A DNA stretch of 64,000 nucleotides from Candidatus Uhrbacteria bacterium (GTDB lineage: Bacteria; Patescibacteriota; Patescibacteriia; UBA9934; GWF2-40-263): NCBI GenBank assembly GCA_016844925.1, contig JAERTI010000035.1, forward strand, positions 4,949 through 68,948. Direction: 5' to 3'. Below the pieces are notes generated by a model. It was not told the DNA's origin and did no database searches. It saw only the letters and a program-made list of their open reading frames with translations. The position numbers and the translations under genes are program-made. Positions 29,573 through 40,220 of the stretch are shown piece by piece; within the stretch, counting starts at the first letter, position 1; each line of letters begins with the position of its first letter.

Positions 29573-30346
29573 TCAGCCAGCCACCAGCGTCGGCTCGATG
29601 CCGCGCCGGGAAAACCACTGCGTCCGCTCGGCGTAGAGCGTGAGCAGGAGGTTCATGGGGCTGATGCCGCCGGTCTCCCAGGCCTGGGTGAAGGCATCAG
29701 ACACCGGGGCGGTCTCTCCGGTCAAGATGGCGTGCGGACGCCCGGCTCCGACGATGGAACCTGTGGTCAAACGCTCACCACCTCGAATCAGATCGATCAG
29801 ACGCTTCTGCCCAACCGGACCACCCTCGTCCCAGTGCCGCAGCAGCGACGTCACCCAGAAGTTGGGGTCCAGAAGGGTCCTGTCGAGCTCCGTCTCATCG
29901 AACTCACAGAGGAAGAACGACGCGCGCACGAGACAGGCTCCGCCCATCCGCGCTCGCGTGAAGTTGCTGCGCTTGATGCGCGCCTTCCACAGCACGGCGG
30001 AGCTGAGATCCGCACCCACGAAGGACACATCTCGATTCACCACCACGCCGGACAGGTTGGCTTCGGATAGATCCGCGCCATCGAAGCGTGCGTCCATCAT
30101 CTGGGCACCTGACAAATCGATCCCCGCGAGATTGGATCCATGCAGGTTCGTTCCCATCAACGACACACCTCGCATCTGCGCCCCGTCGAAGTCGAACCCG
30201 TGCAGGTCCATCTCGTCGAGGTTCACGCCGTCTAGGTTTCCTCGAACCCGAAGCTCCTCAGGCTTCCTTCCCTTTCCGTTGTTCGTACGCCACTCCACCA
30301 AGACCTCAGGCCCAGCCGAAATGGCACTCATAGCACTCAAATGCAT
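29573..30346 (-). CDS. GC-rich pentapeptide-repeat protein (unit 5)
   Basis: A(D/N)Lxx repeats; AAGGAGA SD; TTGACT-17-TAGTCT promoter at 30398-30426. Confidence 0.85.
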   Translation of the reverse strand: MHLSAMSAISAGPEVLVEWRTNNGKGRKPEELRVRGNLDGVNLDEMDLHGFDFDGAQMRGVSLMGTNLHGSNLAGIDLSGAQMMDARFDGADLSEANLSGVVVNRDVSFVGADLSSAVLWKARIKRSNFTRARMGGACLVRASFFLCEFDETELDRTLLDPNFWVTSLLRHWDEGGPVGQKRLIDLIRGGERLTTGSIVGAGRPHAILTGETAPVSDAFTQAWETGGISPMNLLLTLYAERTQWFSRRGIEPTLVAG

Positions 30347-30426
30347 GCGAATGTCTCCTTTACAGACCTTCGCCAAACCAAGTGCGTCCCCACGGCAAGA
30401 CTAGAGAACGGGGGTTAAAAAGTCAA

Positions 30427-30472
30427 AAGAAAAGAGAGACTCGTGGAGTCTCTCGACCGAGGCAGGCTCGGT
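30427..30472 (-). terminator. Hairpin followed by terminator, after unit 6
   Basis: accgag-cctgc-ctcggt, then gagagactc-cac-gagtctctc-tttt. Confidence 0.8.
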
Positions 30473-32274
30473 CAGTCGCGAATGGTGAGCTCGCTTTGCA
30501 GACGCTCGAGCTCGGTGAAGAGCGGACTGCCTACACGTAGTTCGTCACGTGTTCCTTGTGCCACCACACGCCCCTCGTCCATCACCACGATGTGGTCGGC
30601 GCGCTGGATGGTGGAAAACCGGTGAGCAATGACGATCGTCGTGCGCCCCTGACGAAGCTCCTCAAGCGCGGCTTGAATCCGCGCCTCGGAAATGACGTCT
30701 AGGTTGCTGGTTGCCTCATCGAAGATGAGCAGGCGTGGATCCCGCAGGATCGCACGAGCGATGCCGATGCGCTGACGCTCCCCTCCAGAGAGGTCAAGGC
30801 CCTTCTCACCGACAATGGTGTCGTACCCATCAGGCTTGCGCTCGATGAACTCGTGCGCGCCAGCCAGATCGGCGGCAGCGCGGATCTCTGCCTCGCTCGC
30901 ATCCGGACGCCCGTAGGCGATGTTGTCTCGGATGGAGATGGAGAAGAGCTCCACATTCTGCGGCACGATGCCGATCTGACGCCGCCAGTCCTCGAGGTTG
31001 AGAACCCTCAGATCGTCTCCGTCGACCTCAATGGCGCCGCTGTGAACATCGTAACCACGCAGCAAAAGCGTCACGAGGGTGGACTTCCCCGATCCGGAGG
31101 GTCCAACAAGTGCCACCATCTCTCCAGAGTGAGCCGTGAAGCTCACATCCTTCACACCCGTTCCGTTGCCGTCGTAGGAGAACGATACTTGATCGAAGAC
31201 GACATCACCCTCCAACCTATCCATCCTGATCGCTGTGGGGAGCGATACCACCTCGGGCTGCTTGTCCAGCAGGTCCATGAGGTGCATGAGTGCTTCCTGG
31301 TTGCGCCCCAGCTCCATCCACTCTCGTGTCACAGTGCGACACGAACGAATGAGCCGGTCGTTCAGCTGCAGGAGCATCACCATGGTTCCCAGGGTGAGGG
31401 TGTTTGCCTCAAGGCCCCAGAGCCCGATCAAGATCACCAACGCTCCTGAGATGTTGGCCATCCCGTCACGGAGATATCCCCCAAGCATGACGCGTGCCCA
31501 CTGCACCCACTCCACCGATCGAATCTTCGCAAGAATCTCCGAAATGCGGCCACGCTCGTGTTGCTCGCGACCGAACGCTTGGACCGTTGCGATGTTGCCG
31601 AGCGCCTCGTACCCAATGGTGCTTGACCGTTGGTAGAGCTTTTCCATTCTCTGCCGGTAGGCTTTCAGCGACCTGAAGTCGTAGGCAACCCACACGCCGG
31701 TGATCACCCCTAGGACCAAACTCAGCACCCCGACACGCCACTCAAGGATCAGAAGAGCAACTGAGAAGACAGGGATGGTGAGCACCTCAGGAAGAAGCCT
31801 ACCAAACACGCGGTCGGTTAGCTGACTCGCGGCGTTCACACCACGGTCGATCTTGGTGATCTGCTTGCTGGTGTTCTCCTGGACGTGGTGCCCGATGGAG
31901 AGCTTGAGCAAGTGACTCATGGTGAGCACTGGCATGCGCTCGCTCATGAGCAAGTACAGCCGGAGCCAGGTTCGCTGGTTGAGTACTCCCACCGTGCTGG
32001 AGGCGACCTCCACCAACACTTTGGCCAGCAAGATGACACCAGCGAGCCACCACATGGTGTTCGTCTCCGGCATCCATCCGCGAAGAGCCTCGACGGTCTT
32101 GACCTCAGCTCCCATCTGCGGCATGCCCCAGACGTTGATGAGGTCGAAGACCAGCTTGTTGATGTACGGGGCGGCGAGCCCCATCACGGTCACCATAGCC
32201 ATCAGGCCCATGGACCAGATGATGTCACGTTTGAAAGGACGAATGAGCGCCCAGTACCTTCTCCAGAAGTTCAT
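30472..32274 (-). CDS. GC-rich ABC exporter, fused permease/ATPase (MsbA/Atm1-like) (unit 6)
   Basis: GPSGSGKS, LSGGERQR, LIFDEATSNLD, IAHR; GGAGG SD before MNFWRR. Confidence 0.92.
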   Translation of the reverse strand: MNFWRRYWALIRPFKRDIIWSMGLMAMVTVMGLAAPYINKLVFDLINVWGMPQMGAEVKTVEALRGWMPETNTMWWLAGVILLAKVLVEVASSTVGVLNQRTWLRLYLLMSERMPVLTMSHLLKLSIGHHVQENTSKQITKIDRGVNAASQLTDRVFGRLLPEVLTIPVFSVALLILEWRVGVLSLVLGVITGVWVAYDFRSLKAYRQRMEKLYQRSSTIGYEALGNIATVQAFGREQHERGRISEILAKIRSVEWVQWARVMLGGYLRDGMANISGALVILIGLWGLEANTLTLGTMVMLLQLNDRLIRSCRTVTREWMELGRNQEALMHLMDLLDKQPEVVSLPTAIRMDRLEGDVVFDQVSFSYDGNGTGVKDVSFTAHSGEMVALVGPSGSGKSTLVTLLLRGYDVHSGAIEVDGDDLRVLNLEDWRRQIGIVPQNVELFSISIRDNIAYGRPDASEAEIRAAADLAGAHEFIERKPDGYDTIVGEKGLDLSGGERQRIGIARAILRDPRLLIFDEATSNLDVISEARIQAALEELRQGRTTIVIAHRFSTIQRADHIVVMDEGRVVAQGTRDELRVGSPLFTELERLQSELTIRD

Positions 32275-32307
32275 GTCGACCTCCAATTTGTTCTAGGCGA
32301 ACGCAGG

Positions 32308-32365
32308 AAAGTACCTAATTTTGGGGATTTTGTCAATCCAAAAACCGAGCGTTCGCTCGGTTTTT
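32308..32365 (-). promoter_or_regulatory. Terminator hairpin fused to the sigma70 promoter of unit 6
   Basis: aaaaaccgagcgaacgctcggttttt-gga-TTGACA-17-TACTTT. Confidence 0.75.
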
Positions 32366-32367
32366 CT

Positions 32368-33570
32368 TTAGATGATCGTTTTAATCTGCTCTTCCAACTG
32401 ATCGACGTAACGCTTGATCGAATATTGCTCAGCCTGAGCACGGATCTTCTGAGTCATTGACCACCAGGCATCGCGTCTATTGTGACAGCGGAGCATGCCA
32501 TCAGCCAATTGCTTTACGTCTCCCGGCTCAACGAGCCATCCTGTCTTTCTGTCTTCGATGAGCTCTGGGATGCCACCAATCTTCGAAGCAATAACAGGCA
32601 CACCTATGAGGAAAGACTCGTAGATGACCGTTGGCGAATTCTCGTAACACGTCGATGGCACAACCACGGCATCACTTGCCCGCAGAAGGTTTACCAAGTG
32701 ATTCAATGAAACGAAACCGTGATGCTTGATGCGACGATCTCGCTCGGCGCGCTGGATAACGTAGTCGCTGAGCGCACCCTCCCCGGCCACATGAAGTTCC
32801 ACGTTCTCTGGAAGCTGCTCGAGAGCATCGAACAGCTCCATAATACCCTTGTGCTTTTCAAGCTGACCGATGTAGAGGAAACGCGTCGGACCATCAACAC
32901 GCTCCCCACGTGGGTTGATCTTCCCTGCCGGAAGCGGGTTGGGTAGAACTTTTACCGGTCCCCCAGTCATCATCCCTCGCTTTTGATAAAACGTCGCAAG
33001 AAACTTCGAGGGAGAAATCACTAAATCTGGACGGCCTATTTGTGATGTGACCGCTCGCTCATACCACGTGCGAAGAAACGATGTGTTGAGCCATGATCCC
33101 TCATGACCGGCAATCAGCAGGCCGCTGGGCACACTTAGCTGAACATCGTGGAGCGTATGCACATGGGGAACTCCTTGTTTTTGGATTTCACTCCCAATTG
33201 ATACACCAATGCCTTTCAAGTTATGTGTGAGAATCACATCCGGCTCCTCATCTTGAATCACGTGACGAATGGCTCGGCGTGCAAAGGGATTGAATAGGTC
33301 AACGAGGTGCCAGAGTGCACGAATAGGAAACGCAATGGCATGATCACTTCGAAGATAATAAAAATTCAATGGAAAAAATCTGTAGACGGCTCCAAGGGTT
33401 CGTTCGCGAATAGCTGGAAACAGTGTGCGTAATCCATCGTAAGGCTGTGTGCTGAGAACAAAAACATCATGTCCACGAATATACAATTCATCCGCGATTC
33501 TCTGAGCCACCAACTCGGCACCTCCACGAGCGTCTGGTGGGTACAAATTTGAAACAATGCCGATCTTCAT
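32368..33570 (-). CDS. Glycosyltransferase family 4
   Basis: YPP..GGAE, GQLEKHKG, ENSPTVIYE, GGIPEL. Confidence 0.92.
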   Translation of the reverse strand: MKIGIVSNLYPPDARGGAELVAQRIADELYIRGHDVFVLSTQPYDGLRTLFPAIRERTLGAVYRFFPLNFYYLRSDHAIAFPIRALWHLVDLFNPFARRAIRHVIQDEEPDVILTHNLKGIGVSIGSEIQKQGVPHVHTLHDVQLSVPSGLLIAGHEGSWLNTSFLRTWYERAVTSQIGRPDLVISPSKFLATFYQKRGMMTGGPVKVLPNPLPAGKINPRGERVDGPTRFLYIGQLEKHKGIMELFDALEQLPENVELHVAGEGALSDYVIQRAERDRRIKHHGFVSLNHLVNLLRASDAVVVPSTCYENSPTVIYESFLIGVPVIASKIGGIPELIEDRKTGWLVEPGDVKQLADGMLRCHNRRDAWWSMTQKIRAQAEQYSIKRYVDQLEEQIKTII

Positions 33571-33571
33571 A

Positions 33572-34732
33572 TTAATAGGCGCGTTTGGACTGCTGTCCAA
33601 GCACCGACTCGTACGTTTTCTCTAAACGATCCATAAGCGGACCCCAATCATAGTGTTGCTCTGCATGCGTGCGGGCGGACAACCCAAAGCGACGACGAAC
33701 CTCCGGCTGCTCAAGAAGGGTCAAAATAGCCTTACGTAGCTCGATCACATCACCAGGGGGGACGAGGAGTCCCGTATCTCCATCACGAACCACCGTGCGC
33801 ACACCAGGAAGCTCTGAGGCAATCGAAGGCGTCCCACTAGCTGCGGCCTCAGCAGCTACAAGCCCAAACGCCTCTCCTCTGCCCGTAGAGGGAAACAAGT
33901 GCATATCGGCCAGTCGATAATAACGTGGCAAATCCTCATCCGAGACATTACCAGCAAACACGACACGTGCCGAGAGCCCAAGGCGCTCCGCATTGGCCAT
34001 GTAGGTCTGCTTAAGCGAACCTTCTCCAACAACAATAAGGTGCCAAGACTTGTCCTGAATCTCTGAGAGCGCCTCAAGAAGCTCAACGAGGCCCTTGAAG
34101 TGATGTGCAGGGTCGAGACCACCGACGAAAAGCAAGACAGGCGTCTGAGCGCTCAACCCAAGCTCTTTTCGGAGCTCCACCTCTTTACCGGGCTTGAATC
34201 GGTCGATCTCAATCCCAAACGGATGCTCTTCAATCCGATCGTCTAACCCATGCTCTGCGAGCGCGGAGTGTTTTGCGTAATCCAGTGAGCTCACCAAAAT
34301 ACGATCGACACGGTTAACAAGCCACGGGAACAGGAGTCGTCGGTGCGCAGAAAAAATCGCCCCCTTGAGGCCCGGTGCTACGTTGTCCATGTGATAGGTC
34401 ATCACCAGCCCTTGATCATGACGCAATGCCTTGCGCACAATCACTGGCTCAGCACCACCATAGAACGGGTAGTGCAAATGCACGAGATCGAACCCCTTAA
34501 GACGATGAAACAACGATGGGAGTACCCCAGCGTTACCAATGTGCATGATCGATGGAATGCGATGCACGTACTTGGGATCATCTGTCACTTCTCCATCACG
34601 AATCGTAAATACATGCACGTTATAGCCGCGCTCGCGCAGACGCTCAACGTATTCAAATGCCACGCGACCCATCCCTCCCCTGTAGGGCGGATAGCTACAC
34701 ACGACGTGTGCGATTTTGAGTTGCTTATCCAT
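33572..34732 (-). CDS. Glycosyltransferase family 4
   Basis: YPPYRGG, FKGL, EAFGLVAAEA. Confidence 0.92.
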   Translation of the reverse strand: MDKQLKIAHVVCSYPPYRGGMGRVAFEYVERLRERGYNVHVFTIRDGEVTDDPKYVHRIPSIMHIGNAGVLPSLFHRLKGFDLVHLHYPFYGGAEPVIVRKALRHDQGLVMTYHMDNVAPGLKGAIFSAHRRLLFPWLVNRVDRILVSSLDYAKHSALAEHGLDDRIEEHPFGIEIDRFKPGKEVELRKELGLSAQTPVLLFVGGLDPAHHFKGLVELLEALSEIQDKSWHLIVVGEGSLKQTYMANAERLGLSARVVFAGNVSDEDLPRYYRLADMHLFPSTGRGEAFGLVAAEAAASGTPSIASELPGVRTVVRDGDTGLLVPPGDVIELRKAILTLLEQPEVRRRFGLSARTHAEQHYDWGPLMDRLEKTYESVLGQQSKRAY

Positions 34733-34982
34733 GGAAAAATTTTGATAACCAAACTAAAAGTATAATGCCGACGACAACCAATAACTGAAACAGGACCGCC
34801 ACCCTTGCTTGACGCATGGCCTTTTTGGAATGCTCCGGATGAAGGATACGACGAATCAAATCGATCAAAGGAAAGTGTCGTCCAAAGATATGTTTGTTTA
34901 CGTGTAGCCAAATAAACACCGCACCGACCAAAACGATAATCACGCCAACGAGCTCTTCTAATTGTTGTCCAAACTCAGACAT
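34725..34982 (-). CDS. Small 2-TM membrane protein
   Basis: Fills the operon gap; two hydrophobic helices. Confidence 0.6.
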   Translation of the reverse strand: MSEFGQQLEELVGVIIVLVGAVFIWLHVNKHIFGRHFPLIDLIRRILHPEHSKKAMRQARVAVLFQLLVVVGIILLVWLSKFFHG

Positions 34983-34985
34983 AGA

Positions 34986-36044
34986 TTATAAAAAACGTCG
35001 AAGTAGTGACCACAGAAGCCCCATGACAGGGTTTGCCACCTTATCGACTAACGGGCTGCTCGTTGCCTGATGCTCAATCTTGGCCGTCCAGAGCGAGACG
35101 ATATCTTTATCAGTAACCGAGCGAATCGCACGACTCTCCCGTCGCTTCTTTGCCACATACTTCCAGGACCGAGGCGAGAGAAGCGAAATGTATACGAGAA
35201 ACTTCTCTTTGAACCAACCACCCTTGAGAGCAAACAACAGCAGGCCGAGTTCGGCAAGGGTCATGAGGGGCGCGAGAATAAGGAGCGAACGCCAGCTGAG
35301 GTGAGAAAAATGGACGAGCACGCGGTTGCGCTCCATCCAGTAAAACTTTTGGATGGATCGGGAGAATTCGTAGTCGTGATACGCAATCGATTCAGTCGCG
35401 AGGACATTTTTAAACCCGCTAAGACGTATGCGCCAGCCAAGCTCTAGATCTTCGTGGTAAAGAAAAAGGAACGGATCGAGCAGGCCCACTTTTCGTAACA
35501 CGGAGGCGCGGTAAAGAACGGCGGCCCCTGAGGAGTAGGCAATTTCTTGAGCTGATCCATCGCCGCTCACATGTTCACCATCCACCCAGCGTTGACCGTT
35601 GTCTTTTACAAAGCCAAACCCGAGGAAATGCACCATGCCGCCGGTGGCGTTGATGATCTCTGGCTGGTGCCAGAGCATGATGCGAGATTGAACAGATCCG
35701 ACTGAGGCATCACTTTCAGCAACCTTCACCGCTTCCATGATGGCATCGGGGTGGAGCTTGGCATCGCCGTTGAGGAGGTAGACGTAATCAAACCCACCCA
35801 GCAGCGCATGGTTCATACCAAGATTATTCCCCTCAGCGAATCCTAGATTTGTCTCACTTGGAAAAAACGTGATCCCCTCTTGGGTGCGTAACCACTCTGC
35901 ACTTCCATCTTTTGAATCATTGTCTACGGCAATAATCTCCAACTTCGCTTCTGGATAATTCAACTGACGCAAAGACGAAAATACCTCGTCGAGGTATTTT
36001 TTTCCGTTATAAGAAAGATAAACAATGGCGACGCGAGGGAGCAT
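34986..36044 (-). CDS. Glycosyltransferase family 2 (rhamnosyltransferase-like)
   Basis: VDNDSKDGS, NLGFAEGNN, LLNGD, FLYHEDLEL; start at 36044 or 36056. Confidence 0.9.
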   Translation of the reverse strand: MLPRVAIVYLSYNGKKYLDEVFSSLRQLNYPEAKLEIIAVDNDSKDGSAEWLRTQEGITFFPSETNLGFAEGNNLGMNHALLGGFDYVYLLNGDAKLHPDAIMEAVKVAESDASVGSVQSRIMLWHQPEIINATGGMVHFLGFGFVKDNGQRWVDGEHVSGDGSAQEIAYSSGAAVLYRASVLRKVGLLDPFLFLYHEDLELGWRIRLSGFKNVLATESIAYHDYEFSRSIQKFYWMERNRVLVHFSHLSWRSLLILAPLMTLAELGLLLFALKGGWFKEKFLVYISLLSPRSWKYVAKKRRESRAIRSVTDKDIVSLWTAKIEHQATSSPLVDKVANPVMGLLWSLLRRFL

Positions 36045-36045
36045 G

Positions 36046-36378
36046 TTAGTTGTCATCAAGTTCATCAAGAGAAAGTTTGCGCACGAGCTTCGTGATCTCA
36101 TGCTCAGTCTTCTCGATTTTTACATACGTGCGGAATACCAGGTAGAACAACGCGAGCAGCGAGAGATAGATGACCGCATCGGCCCCACGCCCCACGCCCA
36201 CAAGTCGTGCAACCGTATCTGTCGTCTGTGGAAGCAAGGCAACCGTACCGGCAGCGAGCCAAAATAGGATCCAAAAAAGGAGCCACGCAATGGTGAGCGC
36301 CCCCTTCTTAAACTGCCAGATCGTGCGTGAGATGGCGAAAAGCGCAAAGACGACAATCAGTATCTGTATGACGGTCAT
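36046..36378 (-). CDS. DUF2304 family membrane protein
   Basis: VGVGRGAD, EITKLVRKLS; adjacent to a GT2 gene. Confidence 0.8.
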   Translation of the reverse strand: MTVIQILIVVFALFAISRTIWQFKKGALTIAWLLFWILFWLAAGTVALLPQTTDTVARLVGVGRGADAVIYLSLLALFYLVFRTYVKIEKTEHEITKLVRKLSLDELDDN

Positions 36379-36380
36379 AA

Positions 36381-37046
36381 CTATTGAGTAATGCGACGCA
36401 GTACGAGTTTCACAAGTGTCTTAATGCCAACAAGGAAGCTCTGTCCTTTTGAAAGTGAGTAATCGGTGTAAATCGCCCTGATTGGCACCTCTACGAGATT
36501 CAGCTTATTTCGGCGGGACTCAGCAATGAGCTCAGAGGAGACTTCCATGCGGTTTGTCTTAATCTCAATCTGCCTCAGGGCGTAATCGGTAAACGCACGG
36601 AATCCTGATTGGCTGTCTGTTACCCAAGCGCCAAACAACACAAACGTTACGAGGTTTCCAAGAGCGTTGGCCACCTGCCTGTACCACGGCATGCCTGAAC
36701 GAGTGAGCATCCTGGAACCAATCACTACGTCTGCCCCCTGCTCAACAGCCTCGACAAACTTCGGAATCTCTTCCGCATCATGCTGTCCGTCAGCATCGAG
36801 GGTAATAACCATGTCGGCACCTAACTTCTGTGCGGCAGCAAAACCTGTTCCAATCGCCGCACCTAAACCACGATTAATAACATGTGTCACCACCGTAGCC
36901 CCATGAGCGTTTGCAATCTCAGCGGTTCGATCCGAAGAGCCGTCATTGACAACCAGAACATGATCAACAAAAGGTGCTGTCTTTTTCAATACAGCCGCGA
37001 GTGTTGTTTCTTCATTGTAGGCGGGTATGAGCGCAATCACCTTCAT
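36381..37046 (-). CDS. DPM1-like polyprenol-phosphate glycosyltransferase (GT2)
   Basis: IPAYNE, VNDGSSD, NRGLG, DADGQH, GSR, DSQSGFRA. Confidence 0.92.
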   Translation of the reverse strand: MKVIALIPAYNEETTLAAVLKKTAPFVDHVLVVNDGSSDRTAEIANAHGATVVTHVINRGLGAAIGTGFAAAQKLGADMVITLDADGQHDAEEIPKFVEAVEQGADVVIGSRMLTRSGMPWYRQVANALGNLVTFVLFGAWVTDSQSGFRAFTDYALRQIEIKTNRMEVSSELIAESRRNKLNLVEVPIRAIYTDYSLSKGQSFLVGIKTLVKLVLRRITQ

Positions 37047-38059
37047 ACATTCGTGAGGAGCAATCTATTGGCTTTCATATATTCAACCGTTCGACGTAAT
37101 CCATCTTCCAGTCGCACGAGCGGGAACCAGCCGAGTTCTTTGGCTCGATCGATGCGTGGCAGAGCGAGTTCTGAAAGAAAGGCGAAGCTTTCTCCTTCAA
37201 CAATCTTCGAGGAGGACTCAGTCATATCGATAATCATCTGCGCAACGTCGACAAGTTTCAGATTCACGTCACTTCCAAGGTTTACCGGCCCTGGATACTC
37301 CGGCGCTCCCATAATACGCGTAATTCCATCGATAACGTCTGTCACAAACGCCAGAGAAGTACTGAAGTCTAGACCACCATTCATCACCAGATCGCTTCCG
37401 TCAAGCGCATTAAGAACAAAATCTGGAATCAGCTGACCATCAAAGAGAGGCATGCGTGGTCCGTACGTTCGAAAGATTCTTGCGATACGAATGTCCAACC
37501 CGTGCACCTGACGATACGTCTCAAACATCGTTTCAGAAAAACGCTTTCCCTCATCGTAACAAGCGCGCGGCGTGAGGTGGTTCACCACCCCCATATCCGT
37601 CTCCTGAACAAGCGCGGTCTTGTCAGCCCGCTCCCCATACACCACAGAACTAGAAGCTAATAAAACTCGCGCACGATACTTCTTGGCAAGCTCCAAAACG
37701 TGATGGTTCCCAAGCGAGTTGGAAAGAAGTGTCTGGATCTTGAACTGATCAAAGTTTTTAATCGATGTAGGGCAGGCCAAATGATAAATCTGCTGAATGC
37801 CCTGGAATGGAAGTTTGAATGCTGCCAGTTCCCCATGACTCTCTAAATCAAAAGGCTGGTTGATGTCCAGCCGAATAAAACGAAAATTTGTGTTTTGCAA
37901 AAGAGCGTTAATGTTACTAGCATCGCCCGTCGAAAGATTATCTACACAGATCACCCTGTGCCCATCTCGAAGCAGCTGCTCACATAAATGTGAGCCGATA
38001 AACCCAGCCCCTCCAGTAACAAGAATGTTTTTGTTTTGGAATTTCAGTTCTTGCGCCAT
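37043..38059 (-). CDS. UDP-glucuronate decarboxylase (UXS)-like SDR
   Basis: TGGAGFIGSHLC, IYHLACP, RACYDEGKR, ARIFRTYGP. Confidence 0.88.
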   Translation of the reverse strand: MAQELKFQNKNILVTGGAGFIGSHLCEQLLRDGHRVICVDNLSTGDASNINALLQNTNFRFIRLDINQPFDLESHGELAAFKLPFQGIQQIYHLACPTSIKNFDQFKIQTLLSNSLGNHHVLELAKKYRARVLLASSSVVYGERADKTALVQETDMGVVNHLTPRACYDEGKRFSETMFETYRQVHGLDIRIARIFRTYGPRMPLFDGQLIPDFVLNALDGSDLVMNGGLDFSTSLAFVTDVIDGITRIMGAPEYPGPVNLGSDVNLKLVDVAQMIIDMTESSSKIVEGESFAFLSELALPRIDRAKELGWFPLVRLEDGLRRTVEYMKANRLLLTNV

Positions 38060-38102
38060 ATAGGTCTATTTTAACACGAAGCCATCAAGGAACCAGAGCA
38101 TC

Positions 38103-40220
38103 TTAGAGCCCCCAAGCGGCAGAGTTAATTCCACCTCGATCATTCTCATCATCTGAGAAAAATGTCCCGATAAGCTCTGAATAGCCGTTATACACACGAA
38201 TGTGTGGACCGCCGCCTGGACCTGCTGCAGTGATAATCGATGCCCCTGGCCACTCAGAGAGATTCCCTACAGAAAGCCGCACGCCTCCACGGAAGGTTGT
38301 GTCGTAGGCGAAAAAGGTCCCAAGCCAGCTCCCCTCCCCGTCAAAAATCTGCACCTGCGGGCCACCACCATTATCTGTACCCGTCACAATCTCATCATCT
38401 CCATCTCCATCTAAATCTCCCGATGCAACAAAGACTCCTTTGTCGTAGGTTTCGGCATAGGCCAAAAACTCGCTGTGGAACTCCCCATCGGCCTCATGGA
38501 CACGAATGATAGGCTCGTGCCCTTCTCCGAGTGTGGTGATGATTTCATTCAATCCGTCGCCATCGACATCCCCCATGGCAATGCGCACGCTGCGGGCGCC
38601 TGAAATATCGTCATAGGGTTCGATGGTGTCCCCCACTTGTTCTCCATCTTTATCAAAAATCTTCACACGCGCACCACCACCTTCATCAGTGCTTACGGCA
38701 ATCTCTTCAATGCCATCACCGTCAACGTCCCCAGTGGCGACAAACAATCCAGAATTCACAAAGGTGTTAAACGCGTAAAACTCACTCTCGACGTTCCCAT
38801 CGAGATCGAAGATGCGCACGTGCGGACCACCAGATCCTGGCACTACCACAATTTCCTCTACGCCATCGCCATCAACGTCCCCCATGGTTAATCGAACACC
38901 ACCCGTGAACGATTCATCATAGGCGTTAAAACTTGTCACAACCTCACTTCCAGAATTGGTAAACACTCGCACGGTTGGTGGCCCACCACTTTCTGGAGCT
39001 ACTGCAATACGGTAGCTTGACCCCACTTCACTGGCAGAGCAAACGCTGCAGCTACTCACCGCATCTGCCTCCTCATCTGCATAGGAAGAAGCGAGTGTGA
39101 GGGCCTTTGAAACATTCAGACGACCTGCTCCCATCTTTCCAGTTGCATCACCAGTTGCCGTCACCGGATCAACAGAGAGTCGCAGCGCGCTCTTAATGTC
39201 ACTTGGGTTTAACGACGAATACTTTGCCTTTAGAAGCGCTGCCGCTCCTGCGACCATCGGTGCGGCCATAGAGGTGCCAGACCATCCCTCTTGGTAGTAC
39301 CCCTCGGAAACTTCCTCCCAATCATCATCTTGATACACCGTACTTAAAATATCTTCTCCTGGTGCCGAAATGTCTGTACACCTAGCACCGTAGTTTGAAA
39401 AATCTGACTTCACATCATTTATGTCCGTAGAGGCCACACCCAGGATCCAATCCTCGTCTGCACGCTCACCATAGCAGGCTGGAAAGATGGGCTTATCGTC
39501 GATATCAATCCCTCCGTTATTCGCGTTCCCCACCGCAGCAACAACAACGACCCCTGCTTCAAAGGCGCGACGAAGTGCCTGGCGGAGAGCCTCGTCGTGA
39601 TCCCACCCTGTAAAACTCAGGTTGATTACGTCCGCTCCATTTTCCACCGCATAATCCACTCCTTGTGTCGCTAGATTTGAATCACCAACACCATTGTTAT
39701 CCAGAATCCTCACGGACATCAGTTCAATATCCCAGTTCACCCCAGCCATCCCCTCTTCATTGTCACCAACAGCACCGATGATGCCGGCAATAATGGTCCC
39801 ATGAGAAACCGCGTCAACATCAAAGCCCCCCTCAGTATCTGGAATGGGTGTGCCATCGTCTCCCACAAAATCATACCCGTTCACATCATCCACAAACCCA
39901 TTCCCGTCATTATCAACGCCATCGTCTGCCACCTCTGCGCTATTCACCCAAATATTCTCCTCAAGGTCTGGATGATCTAAATCAACGCCTGTATCAAGCA
40001 CAGCTACGACCACAGACCCATCCCCCGTCTCTTCATCCCAAGCATCTGGTGCCTGCATAGTCTCCAAGTACCACTGAAGATCATAATGTTCATCATCTGG
40101 TGTGAACGCATGAACGGGCAGGGCCAACAGAATAAGCAAACAAAAAATACCCCCCTGTTTGACTCGTTGGACAAATGTATTACATCGCGATGAATGTTCC
40201 ATAACGATCCTCTTGGTCAA
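38103..40220 (-). CDS. Secreted S8 subtilase with C-terminal FG-GAP-like repeats
   Basis: VLDTG, SHGT and GTSMAAP triad; GDVDGDG/GGPHVRIF repeats; start uncertain. Confidence 0.9.
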   Translation of the reverse strand: MTKRIVMEHSSRCNTFVQRVKQGGIFCLLILLALPVHAFTPDDEHYDLQWYLETMQAPDAWDEETGDGSVVVAVLDTGVDLDHPDLEENIWVNSAEVADDGVDNDGNGFVDDVNGYDFVGDDGTPIPDTEGGFDVDAVSHGTIIAGIIGAVGDNEEGMAGVNWDIELMSVRILDNNGVGDSNLATQGVDYAVENGADVINLSFTGWDHDEALRQALRRAFEAGVVVVAAVGNANNGGIDIDDKPIFPACYGERADEDWILGVASTDINDVKSDFSNYGARCTDISAPGEDILSTVYQDDDWEEVSEGYYQEGWSGTSMAAPMVAGAAALLKAKYSSLNPSDIKSALRLSVDPVTATGDATGKMGAGRLNVSKALTLASSYADEEADAVSSCSVCSASEVGSSYRIAVAPESGGPPTVRVFTNSGSEVVTSFNAYDESFTGGVRLTMGDVDGDGVEEIVVVPGSGGPHVRIFDLDGNVESEFYAFNTFVNSGLFVATGDVDGDGIEEIAVSTDEGGGARVKIFDKDGEQVGDTIEPYDDISGARSVRIAMGDVDGDGLNEIITTLGEGHEPIIRVHEADGEFHSEFLAYAETYDKGVFVASGDLDGDGDDEIVTGTDNGGGPQVQIFDGEGSWLGTFFAYDTTFRGGVRLSVGNLSEWPGASIITAAGPGGGPHIRVYNGYSELIGTFFSDDENDRGGINSAAWGL

